A DNA stretch of 64,000 bases from Candidatus Lustribacter sp. (GTDB lineage Bacteria > Vulcanimicrobiota > Vulcanimicrobiia > Vulcanimicrobiales > Vulcanimicrobiaceae): assembly GCA_965277805.1 (NCBI GenBank), contig OZ255842.1:1568001-1632000 (forward strand), in the 5' to 3' direction. Below are positions 52,628-62,321 of the stretch, piece after piece. The notes below the pieces were generated by a model. That model did no database searches. It had not been told where the DNA came from and was given only the letters and a program-made list of their open reading frames with translations. Position numbers and translations under genes: made by a program. Position 1 is the first letter of the stretch; each line of letters opens with the position of its first letter.

Positions 52628-53364
52628 TGGATCCTTCGGGTAAGGTCGCCCTTGTCGCCGGCGGCAAGGGCAATCTCGGAACTGCGATCGTCGCCGCTCT
52701 GCGTGCACGCGGAGCGAAGGTTGCAACCATCGATCTCGATGCCGCCGCCGCAACGGAAGACGATGATACGCTCTCGGTGCAGGCCGATATTGCCGACGAT
52801 GCATCGGCAGGCGGCGCCGTGGCAGCAGTCCTGGCGGCTTATGGCCGCATCGATATCCTCATCAACGCAGCAGGATTTATACATAGCGAACCGCTTGTCA
52901 ATCTGCTCAATACCGCGCAGCGACGCCATTCCGCCGGCACCTGGCAGCGAGTGCTGCGCGCCAACCTCGACGCGACGTTCGTGCTGACGGCACATGTCGC
53001 GGAACAGATGGTGGCAAAGCGAATCAAAGGCGTGATCGTGAGTTTTTCGTCCGTGGCATCGGCCGGCAACCCGGGTCAAAGCGCGTATGCCGCGGCGAAA
53101 GCCGGCGTCGAAGCGCTTACCGGGGTCTGGGCGCGCGAGCTGGGGCCCTTCGGCATCCGGGCGGTTGCGATCGCGCCGGGCTTCGTCGACACAGCCTCGA
53201 CGCGACAGTCGCTCAACGACGAGGCGCTTCAAGAATGGAAGCGCCGGACGCCGCTCCATCGCCTTGCCGCAACCGGCGAAATTACAAGCAGCGTCATGTT
53301 CGCCATCGAGAACGATTTTCTAACCGGCCAAACGCTACGCATCGATGGCGGGCTTACGATATGA
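52627..53364 (+). CDS. SDR oxidoreductase (FabG-like)
   Basis: GGKGNLG, NAAG, YAAAK, PGFVDT, IDGG. Confidence 0.9.
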   Translation: MDPSGKVALVAGGKGNLGTAIVAALRARGAKVATIDLDAAAATEDDDTLSVQADIADDASAGGAVAAVLAAYGRIDILINAAGFIHSEPLVNLLNTAQRRHSAGTWQRVLRANLDATFVLTAHVAEQMVAKRIKGVIVSFSSVASAGNPGQSAYAAAKAGVEALTGVWARELGPFGIRAVAIAPGFVDTASTRQSLNDEALQEWKRRTPLHRLAATGEITSSVMFAIENDFLTGQTLRIDGGLTI

Positions 53365-54041
53365 AGCCGGTCATTATCTTCGGAGCCGGGAAAGTGGCCG
53401 AAGTCGTCTATCGTCATATCTTGCGCGATCGCACGTCGAAGATCGCCGGCTTCACCTGCGAAACGGCGCATCTCCCGGCGGGCGGCACGGCTTTCGACGA
53501 TTTGCCCGTCGTCGACTTCGCGCGAGTGGCCGAGCGCTTTCCGCCGGTGGAATACGATATGCTGATTGCCGTCGGCTACCACGAGCTCAACCGGGTGCGC
53601 CGCCGCATTTACGAGCAGGCTGCGGCGCTCGGCTACCGCTTCGCGTCCTACATCAGCGCGCAAGCCGGGGTGGGTGACTGGCTGCGAGCGGGCGACAACT
53701 GCATAATCTTGGATAACGCGAGCGTCGAGCCCGGCGTTGTCCTCGGCAACAATGTCGTTTTATGGAGTAACGTTCTCGTCGGTCATCATACCGTCATTGA
53801 AGATCACTGCTGGCTGGCCGGCCACGCCGTCTTCGGCGGCACGGCCGTGCTCGGCGCGGGATCGTTCGTCGGTCTCGGCGCAATCGTCGCGCATGAGGTC
53901 GAGCTCGGCCCGGAGAGCTTTCTTGGCGCAGGAGTAGTCGTGACGAAGTGTGCCGGACCAAAGAGCGTTTTCGTCGCAACCGGCACCGAGCTTTTCCGTC
54001 TCGACAGCGACCGGTTTCTGCGCATCACCAAGATGCGCTAG
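53361..54041 (+). CDS. NeuD/PglD-like hexapeptide acetyltransferase
   Basis: IIFGAG N-domain, left-handed beta-helix repeats, GHH. Confidence 0.88.
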   Translation: MKPVIIFGAGKVAEVVYRHILRDRTSKIAGFTCETAHLPAGGTAFDDLPVVDFARVAERFPPVEYDMLIAVGYHELNRVRRRIYEQAAALGYRFASYISAQAGVGDWLRAGDNCIILDNASVEPGVVLGNNVVLWSNVLVGHHTVIEDHCWLAGHAVFGGTAVLGAGSFVGLGAIVAHEVELGPESFLGAGVVVTKCAGPKSVFVATGTELFRLDSDRFLRITKMR

Positions 54042-55609
54042 ACCGCTGCGGCGCGATCGGCGGCGAGCGCGATGCGGTCGATTTTTCCGTTCGCATTCTT
54101 CGGCAGGTCGTGGCGAATTTCGAAACGCTGCGGGATCATGTACGGCGGCAGCAACGCCCCCAATCCTGTCCGCAGCGCGTCTTCGGTGATCGCAGACGCA
54201 CTTGCTACGAATGCGACCAGCACCTTCATGTCGCGCCGGCCCGTCACCTGAAGCACGGCCGACTGGGACACACCCTCGAGCCGGTTGAGTGCCGTTTCGA
54301 TCTCCTCGAGTTCGATGCGATAACCCATATGTTTGATCTGATGGTCCTTGCGGCCTAAGAAATTCAACGACCGGCCATCGGCGGCGATGGCCACACGGTC
54401 ACCCGTCCGATACATGCGCTCGGGCCACGCATCATTTACGGGATTGACGACGAAAGCGCCCGCGGTGCGTTCAGGATCATTGATATAACCGAGGCCGACT
54501 TGCGGCCCGAGTAAACAAAGTTCTCCGATTCCGCCCGCGCCGGCCGGCAACTCGTCGTCGTCGAGTACGAGCATCGAGAAATTCTCTGCAAGCGGTCCGA
54601 GGGTGACGAGCCCGCTCGGGTCCTCGAGATCGCCGGCTCCCACGTCCCAAGCGGAACAGATGCACGTGCACTCCGTTGGGCCATAGACGTTTACCAAGCG
54701 GCAGCGGCCGCCGAACGTGTCAAACAGTTTCCGCAACTCAGGTTTCGGATAGCCCTCGCCGCCGAAAACGAACGTGCGCACCGACGGGAGCCGGCGCGCA
54801 CTCAGCAGCCGCATCGTCGTCAGGTAGATGAGCAGAGACGGAACAGAGAACCAAATCGTGCAAGCCGCTGCTTCGATTGCATCCACCAAGCCTGTTGAAT
54901 CCGCGACCAGGTCGCGCGGAACCGGCGCCATTGAAGCGCCGTTGAGCAGGGCTGCGTAAAAGTCAAAAACCGAATTGTCGAAATACATCGGGTTGACGTT
55001 GCTCAGCGTATCGTCGACGCCGATGGAGAAACGCGACCCGGCCCAGCGCGCAAAATTCAGCACGCTCGCATGGCTGATAACCGCGCCTTTCGGCACGCCG
55101 GTAGAACCCGACGTATACATCACGTACGCCGCGTCTGTACCCGTCACGCCGGGCGCCTCCGGCTCGGCTTCCGAGGCACCTGCCAGCTCGCTTTTCACCT
55201 CTCGCGCCGCGAGGTCGACAACGGCGGCACCGAACGCCGCAGCAGCGGCGGCAGCCGGTGACTCCGCGACCCCGGTCCCGACGACGACCTTCGGCCGGCA
55301 TGAACCGAAGATCAGCGCAAGACGGGCCGGCGGGTTTTGATCGTCGAGGTTGACATAAGCTGCGCCGAGTTTGAGGCACGCGATCATCGTCGCATAATGC
55401 GCAACGAACTTTGTATGGACGATCGCGACGACGTCACCGCGAACCACGCCGCGCGATAACAACAGCGCCGCCACTTGATTGGCAAGCCGATTCAATGCAT
55501 CGTGGGAGATCGCGCTGCCGCCGGGCATTTTCAATGCCGGGGCGCTTCCATTTCGTGCGGCTAGCCTCGCATAGGCTGCTCCCGCACTAACGACGTACTC
55601 ATGCGACAT
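54038..55609 (-). CDS. Stand-alone amino-acid adenylation enzyme (DltA-like)
   Basis: YTSGSTGVPKG, FDNS, GGEG, YGPTE, YRTGD, NANGKIDR; no C or T domain. Confidence 0.9.
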   Translation of the reverse strand: MSHEYVVSAGAAYARLAARNGSAPALKMPGGSAISHDALNRLANQVAALLLSRGVVRGDVVAIVHTKFVAHYATMIACLKLGAAYVNLDDQNPPARLALIFGSCRPKVVVGTGVAESPAAAAAAAFGAAVVDLAAREVKSELAGASEAEPEAPGVTGTDAAYVMYTSGSTGVPKGAVISHASVLNFARWAGSRFSIGVDDTLSNVNPMYFDNSVFDFYAALLNGASMAPVPRDLVADSTGLVDAIEAAACTIWFSVPSLLIYLTTMRLLSARRLPSVRTFVFGGEGYPKPELRKLFDTFGGRCRLVNVYGPTECTCICSAWDVGAGDLEDPSGLVTLGPLAENFSMLVLDDDELPAGAGGIGELCLLGPQVGLGYINDPERTAGAFVVNPVNDAWPERMYRTGDRVAIAADGRSLNFLGRKDHQIKHMGYRIELEEIETALNRLEGVSQSAVLQVTGRRDMKVLVAFVASASAITEDALRTGLGALLPPYMIPQRFEIRHDLPKNANGKIDRIALAADRAAAV

Positions 55610-55691
55610 ACCTAATTCGGGGCGTTTGGCACCCGTTGCGGGATCGCCCTTTATGGCGGGCGGGCTCAGATTTTACGGCGAATGAGCCGGC

Positions 55692-56912
55692 ATGAATTTC
55701 GCCGCCGGCGACGGCCTCGGAACGACGATCGTCTTTATCGATGCGGGCTACCCGGTCGACCTCGAAATCTCCCGATATGTCGGCGGCGCCTTTGACCAAC
55801 TCGGATACCGCTTCGAGGAGTACAGCCTGAACGATCCGGAGTTCGTCGGGAAAATCGGCGAACTGTTGCGAACGCGCATCCGGGACGTCCTGTGCTTCGT
55901 GAGCCTCAACTACACTGCGGCAGCGATCCATTCCGCGGATGGCCACCTTCTGCATCACGCGACCGGGTGTCCGTTGGTCTTCTACTTGATGGACCATCCG
56001 CTGTATTTTCTCGACAAGCAGCTGCCGGAGAATGCCGGCGCGTTGGTGTTCGTAGCCGGCCGCGACCTGATCGACTTTGTCGGCAAGTATTTCCCATCCG
56101 GGACGGTCGCGATCGATAATCAAGCCTTTATTCCGCCGCCGTTCGAGCAACATCCGCCGAGTTACGAAGACTTCATCGCCCGGCACAACGTCATTCTTTG
56201 CCCGATGAATCTGTCAATCTGGGACGAGACCATGGACAGCATATGGGCTGCCATAGGCCGGATGCCTGCGGAACGCCGCGACTTCGTCAAAGGGCTGATC
56301 GAGGCCGGCTTGACCGACGTCTTCACTCCGCTGCACGTGCTCGCAGAATCATTGCCGCGCGCCGGCCGAACGATCGAACATCAAATGGCCGACGGCAACA
56401 TCGCGCTCGATTTCATCAAGATTTGGCGGCGCAACCATATGATCCGGGCGCTGATCGATCTGCCGATCCGTATCAGCAGCAAATACGTGCCGGCGGACCT
56501 CGCCGCGAGGTATCCGGATAAGTTTACATTGCTGACGATCCAAGAGACGACGCCGCTTTACCAGCAGTATCGTTTTGTTCTCAACGCGTTTCCGCTGATG
56601 ACTTACGCCAACCACGATCGGATCATCAACGCCATGTGCGCGAACGCCGTCGTTATCACCGATGAGAACAATACGACTCGCGAGCGATTCACGGATGAAG
56701 TCGATGCTCTGCTCTATAGTTATACGAACGGTGATAATGCGAACAAGATCGCGCGCTACCTCGACGATCCGCGCGCGGCCTACGAGCTCACCGTCAATGC
56801 GTACGACTTGCGCGTGCGGCGCAATGTCTTCACGCTCGACACCTACGCGAACCTCATCGAGGCAGTGAAGCACCAGAAGCGCATTGCGCGCGCGGCGAAC
56901 CCTACTTCTTGA
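55692..56912 (+). CDS. Putative glycosyltransferase (CgeB-like C-terminus)
   Basis: DHP motif; FVLN....HDRI..AM...AVVITD block typical of GT-B C-terminal domain. Confidence 0.6.
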   Translation: MNFAAGDGLGTTIVFIDAGYPVDLEISRYVGGAFDQLGYRFEEYSLNDPEFVGKIGELLRTRIRDVLCFVSLNYTAAAIHSADGHLLHHATGCPLVFYLMDHPLYFLDKQLPENAGALVFVAGRDLIDFVGKYFPSGTVAIDNQAFIPPPFEQHPPSYEDFIARHNVILCPMNLSIWDETMDSIWAAIGRMPAERRDFVKGLIEAGLTDVFTPLHVLAESLPRAGRTIEHQMADGNIALDFIKIWRRNHMIRALIDLPIRISSKYVPADLAARYPDKFTLLTIQETTPLYQQYRFVLNAFPLMTYANHDRIINAMCANAVVITDENNTTRERFTDEVDALLYSYTNGDNANKIARYLDDPRAAYELTVNAYDLRVRRNVFTLDTYANLIEAVKHQKRIARAANPTS

Positions 56913-57912
56913 GGTCGCGGTCCGCCGCCGACCGCACGGCTTCGTCCAGCCACGCGTGCATGCTGATATTTCGCTTTTCGCGCGCTTCGTGGGCCAGGCG
57001 CTTCGCCTCGAGCGTAACGCCCTCCAGTTGGCCGTAGAAGCGCGTGCGATGGGTCCCGCCTCGCTCGCCCGGAATCTCGAAATCGAAGTCGGCTATCGGC
57101 TCGCCGACCCCCACCGTGAAGCTGAGTTGGTAGAACGCGCCCCCGAGGATGTACTCGATCGTGACGTCTCGGGCTTCCACCGGCAACGCCGCAAGCGGGA
57201 GCTCACTGTCATAGTGGCTGCTCGAATTGATCAGCACTTTGGCGAACTCCGTATGCCGCAGCCATGGGGGCATGCTCTCGTCGCCGACGACTACGCGACC
57301 ACCGGGCCTCACGATGCGGGCCATTTCGCGGAAGGAACGCGCCACATCCGAAAACATGTTCAAGCCGCCGAAATGGAAAATTGCATCGAAGTGGTTGTCG
57401 GGAAACGGCAGATACACCGCATTGCCGACAACGTAAGATACTTGAAGCGCTTCATCGTGAAGCCGTTCGGCTGCTTTCAACAGTATTCCGCGCGAAATAT
57501 CGTGGACGTACAGGTGCCCGGCCCCTTTGAGCCGCGCGGCAATAACGGAACTCGTGCGTCCCGATCCCGCGCCCACTTCGAGGACGACTTGACCGGGGGA
57601 GAGGCGCATCCGGTCGACCATCGCGTTGCGGATATCGCGTTCGTTGCTATCGAACGTGCTGAACAGCAGCGGCAGATATTCATCATACACCGGCGCGACA
57701 CGATCGTATGTCGTCCGTGCGAATGCATCGGCATCGGGTAGTACGAGCGGAAAGGTCAGATCTGGGATGCCGCCGCTGATCGCGTAGTCTCGCCCTGCCG
57801 GATTGCGGAGGATCCCGGTCACAACCTCGTCGCCGGCTTGCTCCGTCACGATCAATTCGAGTGGCGAACCCGTTTCGGGGCAGCGATATACGCCGGCATC
57901 CAGGAGATTCAC
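56902..57912 (-). CDS. Class I SAM methyltransferase with Trm112-like N-terminus
   Basis: RCPETG..L...Y.I..GIPDL; VLEVGAGSG, LPFPDNHFD, RIVRPGG. Confidence 0.85.
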   Translation of the reverse strand: MNLLDAGVYRCPETGSPLELIVTEQAGDEVVTGILRNPAGRDYAISGGIPDLTFPLVLPDADAFARTTYDRVAPVYDEYLPLLFSTFDSNERDIRNAMVDRMRLSPGQVVLEVGAGSGRTSSVIAARLKGAGHLYVHDISRGILLKAAERLHDEALQVSYVVGNAVYLPFPDNHFDAIFHFGGLNMFSDVARSFREMARIVRPGGRVVVGDESMPPWLRHTEFAKVLINSSSHYDSELPLAALPVEARDVTIEYILGGAFYQLSFTVGVGEPIADFDFEIPGERGGTHRTRFYGQLEGVTLEAKRLAHEAREKRNISMHAWLDEAVRSAADRDLKK

Positions 57913-57964
57913 GAGTGATTCTCCTGCGGCAGTATGAAGCTTCCTTCTTCAAGAATCAACGTGC

Positions 57965-58543
57965 GTGCCGGTACCGCTCGTTTTAACAACCACACGCCTG
58001 CGACTGGAACCGGCAACGGCCGCGCACGCGCCGGAATTATTTCCGTTCGCGAGCGACCCTCACCTAACGGCCTATCTTGCATGGAAACCGCATACGGCGG
58101 TAGCGGAAACCACCAGCGTCTTAGAGGGGCTGTCGGCGGCACACGAACGCGGTACCGGGTATCACTGGACCATCTTCGAGCGCGACCGTGCCGTCGGTCT
58201 CATTTCGCTTATCGACGTTCGGCGTGAACATCGTCTTTGGCGACTGGACCGCGCCGAAATGGCGTACTGGATCGGCAGAGGCGCACAGGGCCGCGGACTC
58301 GCCACCGAAGCGGCGACTGCGGTGATCGACGCCGCCTTTTTGCGACTTGGCTTGAACCGGCTGATCATATCGCATACGAGCGGTAATCCGGAAAGCGGTC
58401 GCATTCCGCAAAAGCTGGGCTTTCGCTATGTGGGCCGTGAAGAAGAATTCTTTATGAAAGACGGTGTATGGCACGACATGAATCACTATGAGCTGCGGGC
58501 AGCGAACTGGCCCGCAGCCGCGTCGGCCGCAGGCGAACGGTGA
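57965..58543 (+). CDS. GNAT N-acetyltransferase (RimJ/RimL-like)
   Basis: T.RL.L, AEMAYWI...QGRGLATEA, N..S..I..KLGF. Confidence 0.9.
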   Translation: MPVPLVLTTTRLRLEPATAAHAPELFPFASDPHLTAYLAWKPHTAVAETTSVLEGLSAAHERGTGYHWTIFERDRAVGLISLIDVRREHRLWRLDRAEMAYWIGRGAQGRGLATEAATAVIDAAFLRLGLNRLIISHTSGNPESGRIPQKLGFRYVGREEEFFMKDGVWHDMNHYELRAANWPAAASAAGER

Positions 58544-59490
58544 TGTCCGCGGCGCCGTTCCGTTGGGAGAAATTGGGATTGGTATACCGTCCGCCAAATG
58601 ACGGGAGTTGGCGCGACGGGTTTGGGCAAATGCCGGTCGTGGCCGAGTTGCCGGACCGCTTGCGCGTCTTCTTCTCGGTCCGCGCGCCACGCGACCCGGC
58701 CGGGCTTTTCAAGTCAAACATGTACTGGATCGACGTCCACCGCGATGACCCGATGCGCGTGATCGGCCAAGTGGATCGGCCGTTGTTGCCGTTTGGGCGG
58801 CCTGGGTCGTTTGACGAACACGGCTTGATGCCGAGCAGCATCAATTGGGCCGGCGACGTGTTGCGCATGTACTATTGCGGCTGGATGCGGCTCGCGGGCG
58901 TTCCCTATTCCATGTCGATCGGGCTTGCCGAGAGCCGTGACGGCGGCACCACGTTCACCAAACTCGGCGAAGGGCCGCTGTTCAGCCGAACGCCGACGGA
59001 GGCGTTCCTCGAAGGCGGACCATGCGTGCGTCACGATGGCACCCAGTGGCACATGATGTACACGTCGGGAACGGGCTGGATCGACGGTGAAGCGATTTAC
59101 GTGATCAAGCACGCACGCTCGGATGACGGCGTCGTGTGGGAACGCGACGGCAAGGCCGTGGTTCCGGAGCTCGTTGAGAACGAGTGCCAAGCACGTCCGA
59201 CGGTCATTCAAATCGAATCGCGTTGGCACATGTGGTTTTCATATCGGTTCGGTCTGGATTTTCGCACGAACACCTCGCGGGGCTACCGCATCGGCTATGC
59301 CTGGTCGGATGATCTGCTCACTTGGCATCGCGACGATGCTCTCGCCGGCATCGATCTCTCGACGACGGGCTGGGATTCCGAGATCGTCTGCTATCCGTAC
59401 GTGTTCTCGAGCGGCGATCAGCTCTTCATGTATTACAACGGCAACAACTTCGGTCAAGACGGCTTCGGCTGCGCCCGGCTCGCGGTATGA
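58540..59490 (+). CDS. Five-bladed beta-propeller glycoside hydrolase-like protein
   Basis: Repeated MYY.G / A.S.DG..W blades, YNGN.FG..GFG end. Confidence 0.75.
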   Translation: MMSAAPFRWEKLGLVYRPPNDGSWRDGFGQMPVVAELPDRLRVFFSVRAPRDPAGLFKSNMYWIDVHRDDPMRVIGQVDRPLLPFGRPGSFDEHGLMPSSINWAGDVLRMYYCGWMRLAGVPYSMSIGLAESRDGGTTFTKLGEGPLFSRTPTEAFLEGGPCVRHDGTQWHMMYTSGTGWIDGEAIYVIKHARSDDGVVWERDGKAVVPELVENECQARPTVIQIESRWHMWFSYRFGLDFRTNTSRGYRIGYAWSDDLLTWHRDDALAGIDLSTTGWDSEIVCYPYVFSSGDQLFMYYNGNNFGQDGFGCARLAV

Positions 59491-60173
59491 CCGCGAATAG
59501 ATATACGGCGTTCCATCGCGAACGAATGGGCCCGCATCTCTATCCGAACGAATTCCTGATCCGTACAATGCTCGGCCGCTACCCGCGTCTTACAATGAGT
59601 CGAGACTACAAAGGACGCCGATTGCTCGACCTCGGCTTCGGAGACGGGCGAAACTTCCCGCTCTTCCGCAACCTCGGTGTCGAGATTTACGGTGTCGAAC
59701 CCGACCCGGAGATGTGCCGCATCGTTGCCGAGCGCGTTGGGCCCGAAGGCATTCCTTGTACGTTGCGGCCGGGGTGCAACACGGAGATCCCGTTTGACAA
59801 CGGCTTCTTCGACTTCATCATTGCGAGCAGTTCCGTCTACTATGTTCGCGACGGCGAAACGTTCTCCGATAACCTCCGCGAGGTCGTTCGCGTGCTGCGC
59901 CCCGGCGGCTGGCTCGTTGCAACGCTCCCGGATCTCGATAACGCCCTCCTAGCCGGCGCGATCCCACTCGGCGACGGGCATTGGCGCATTACTTCGGATC
60001 CGTTCGATTTGAGAAACGGCTCCGTTTTCCGAGCCTTCGAATCGATGTCCCAGATCGAAGCCGCCTTTTCGCCGTCGTTCGAAGAGCTTGCGATCGCAAG
60101 GTTTCACGACGATTGGTACGGCTTAGTGGTAAGCGGATTCGCCCTCGTGTGCCGCGCGAAGGCTAGCGCGTAA
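59487..60173 (+). CDS. Class I SAM methyltransferase
   Basis: YPNEF, LLDLGFGDGRN, PFDNGFFD, RVLRPGG; ATGA overlap. Confidence 0.88.
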   Translation: MTANRYTAFHRERMGPHLYPNEFLIRTMLGRYPRLTMSRDYKGRRLLDLGFGDGRNFPLFRNLGVEIYGVEPDPEMCRIVAERVGPEGIPCTLRPGCNTEIPFDNGFFDFIIASSSVYYVRDGETFSDNLREVVRVLRPGGWLVATLPDLDNALLAGAIPLGDGHWRITSDPFDLRNGSVFRAFESMSQIEAAFSPSFEELAIARFHDDWYGLVVSGFALVCRAKASA

Positions 60174-60789
60174 GCGCGGCCGCGGTTTCGTTGATCGCGG
60201 TGAGTTCCCAACCCGCCGCGAACGAACCGCGTGCGCGCAGGATTCCGGCCGGCGAAAACTTGATGCCCGGTGCCACCGAGTCGGCCTTGTTCGCCCCGGC
60301 GCGGGTGAGGCTGCGCACGATCCCGTGCATGACGCCCGCGTGGCTGACGATCAGCGCCCGGTCATTCGCGGCCATGCGATCCGTCGCAGCGCGCAAGAAT
60401 ACGTCGACGCGCTCGCACAGCGCATCCCACGATTCGCCGCCCTCGGCGGTGTAGTGCATCGGGGCCTTTTCATTTTTCGCGTCGAGTTCCGGCCAGCGCG
60501 CGACGATTTGGTCCCATGTGAGCCCTTCCCACAAGCCGAAGTGCATCTCGCGCAGCAGAGGCGTGAACTCGATGCCGATCGCGCGTTCGGCGCAAATCGT
60601 TTTCGCTGTGGTCCGCGCGCGCACGAGATCGCTTGCCATGACGCGATCGAAGTGCTCGGCTCGCAAATGTAGCGCGAGGGCCTGCGCTTGCGCCAGGCCC
60701 TCGTGATCGAGCGGGATGTCGGTTTGGCCCTGGAACCGGCGATCCGCGTTCCATGCCGTGCGCCCGTGCCGGACGCAGATCAATTCCAT
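60163..60789 (-). CDS. Histidine phosphatase family protein
   Basis: RHG.T.WN, SDL.RA, LRE..FG.WEG, VSHAG. Confidence 0.92.
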   Translation of the reverse strand: MELICVRHGRTAWNADRRFQGQTDIPLDHEGLAQAQALALHLRAEHFDRVMASDLVRARTTAKTICAERAIGIEFTPLLREMHFGLWEGLTWDQIVARWPELDAKNEKAPMHYTAEGGESWDALCERVDVFLRAATDRMAANDRALIVSHAGVMHGIVRSLTRAGANKADSVAPGIKFSPAGILRARGSFAAGWELTAINETAAALTR

Positions 60790-60794
60790 CCAGC

Positions 60795-61382
60795 CTACTT
60801 CTTGATGAACGGCCGTCCTTCATGCGCGACCAGCAAGTCGTGCATGTCGTTCGCGTGCTCTTCTTCTACGGCCAGGATGCCTTCGAGCATCGTGCGCGTG
60901 GTAGAATCTTTCGTGCCGAAGTAGTTGATGAGCTCGCGGTAGTGGTCGATCGCGATGCGTTCGGCGATCAGGTTCTCCTTCAACATTTCGACTAGATTGG
61001 CTTCCGACGGGCCGTATTGCGAAGCGGATCGCGAAACCAGATTCTTGGGATCGAAATCCGGCGTGCCGCCAAGCTGATTGATGCGCTCGGCGAGCTGCAT
61101 CATGTGGCCCTGTTCCTCTTTGGCGTGCTGGAGGAACTCGTCTTTGGGGCCTTCGCTCGCGATGCCGGTGGCGGCTACCGCGTGCATCGTATAACGGAGA
61201 ACGCAGACGATTTCCGTCGCAAGCGCTCCCTGTAGCAAGTCGATCGCCGTTTCGACGTTGCCCTCGTAGGTGTCGGTAATCGCGCCCTGCTCGATGCGTT
61301 CGCGCGCGTTCTTCCGTAGCGTCGCGATGTCGGTCAAAAACGGTTTGTCGGCGCCATTGCGCCCTTTCGCTGTAGTCGTCAC
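60795..61382 (-). CDS. Bacterioferritin/ferritin-like protein
   Basis: E...LRY..H, EE..H, ERI.QLGG.P, AER.AI..Y, EEEH. Confidence 0.88.
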   Translation of the reverse strand: MTTTAKGRNGADKPFLTDIATLRKNARERIEQGAITDTYEGNVETAIDLLQGALATEIVCVLRYTMHAVAATGIASEGPKDEFLQHAKEEQGHMMQLAERINQLGGTPDFDPKNLVSRSASQYGPSEANLVEMLKENLIAERIAIDHYRELINYFGTKDSTTRTMLEGILAVEEEHANDMHDLLVAHEGRPFIKK

Positions 61383-61442
61383 GGGAAGCGGTTACCCGGC
61401 TCGCTTGGTCCCGAAACGTCCTCAAGGAGGCAGGCGAAACCC

Positions 61443-62321
61443 GTGGCGAACGCCCTGGCTGTCGTGAGCGAACGTGTGGCGGTCCGGAAAACCTACAAAC
61501 TCTACCTGAATGGCGCCTTCGTACGGAGCGAATCGGGCCGGACCGACAGCGTCGGCGGCGAGAACGTCGTGCGCGGCTCGCGTAAGGACGTCCGCGATGC
61601 GGTGCTGGCCGCGCGCGCGGCGCACGAGAAGTGGGCGGGCCAGACACCGTCCAACCGGGGCCTCGTCCTCTACCGCTTGGCCGAGATGATGGAGGCCCGC
61701 GCGACGAGCCTGGCCGAGCAGCTGGTGCTCGGCGGAACGGTCAGCTCCGCGGCCGCGCAGCGCGAGGTCGAGGCAGCGATCGATCGCACCGTCTGGTATG
61801 CCGGCTGGGCCGACAAGTACGTGGTGCTCGCCTCGGCCCGCAATCCCGTCTCCGGGCCCCACTTCAACTTCTCCACCAACGAGCCGGCCGGCATCGTCGG
61901 GGTCATCGCCCCGGACGAACCGGCCCTGCTCGGCCTCGTCACGGCCGTGCTGCCGCCGCTCGTCAGCGGCAACGCCGTCATCGTCGCGGCCTCGGAGCGC
62001 GACCCGCGCACCGCGGTCGTCTTCGCCGAATGCCTGGCCACGAGCGACCTCCCGGGCGGCGTCTGCAACGTGATCACCGGCGCGCGCTCGGAACTCGGGC
62101 CGGCGCTGGCCGGACACATGGACGTGGACGGCCTGCACGCCTTCGGCGTGGGGCACGAAGCCGAGGTGACGTTGGGCGAATTGGCCGCCGAAAGCGTTAC
62201 GCGCACGCGCTTCGAGGATGCGCCGCCGGCCAAGGCCTGGTTCAAGCCGTCGTATGACGATCTCGACCGCGTGCTCGCCTTTACCGAAGTGAAGACGATC
62301 TGGCACCCCGCTCGCATCTAA
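61443..62321 (+). CDS. Half-size aldehyde dehydrogenase family protein (no catalytic domain)
   Basis: KTYKLY..G.F.RSESGR, YAGWADK, SDLPGG..NVITG, E.KTIWHP; no ELGGK or catalytic Cys block. Confidence 0.85.
   Translation: MANALAVVSERVAVRKTYKLYLNGAFVRSESGRTDSVGGENVVRGSRKDVRDAVLAARAAHEKWAGQTPSNRGLVLYRLAEMMEARATSLAEQLVLGGTVSSAAAQREVEAAIDRTVWYAGWADKYVVLASARNPVSGPHFNFSTNEPAGIVGVIAPDEPALLGLVTAVLPPLVSGNAVIVAASERDPRTAVVFAECLATSDLPGGVCNVITGARSELGPALAGHMDVDGLHAFGVGHEAEVTLGELAAESVTRTRFEDAPPAKAWFKPSYDDLDRVLAFTEVKTIWHPARI

Noticed and set aside
54038-55609. Calling this dltA of a teichoic-acid D-alanylation operon
   Set aside because: No dltB/dltD; context is WbqC/ACP/SDR
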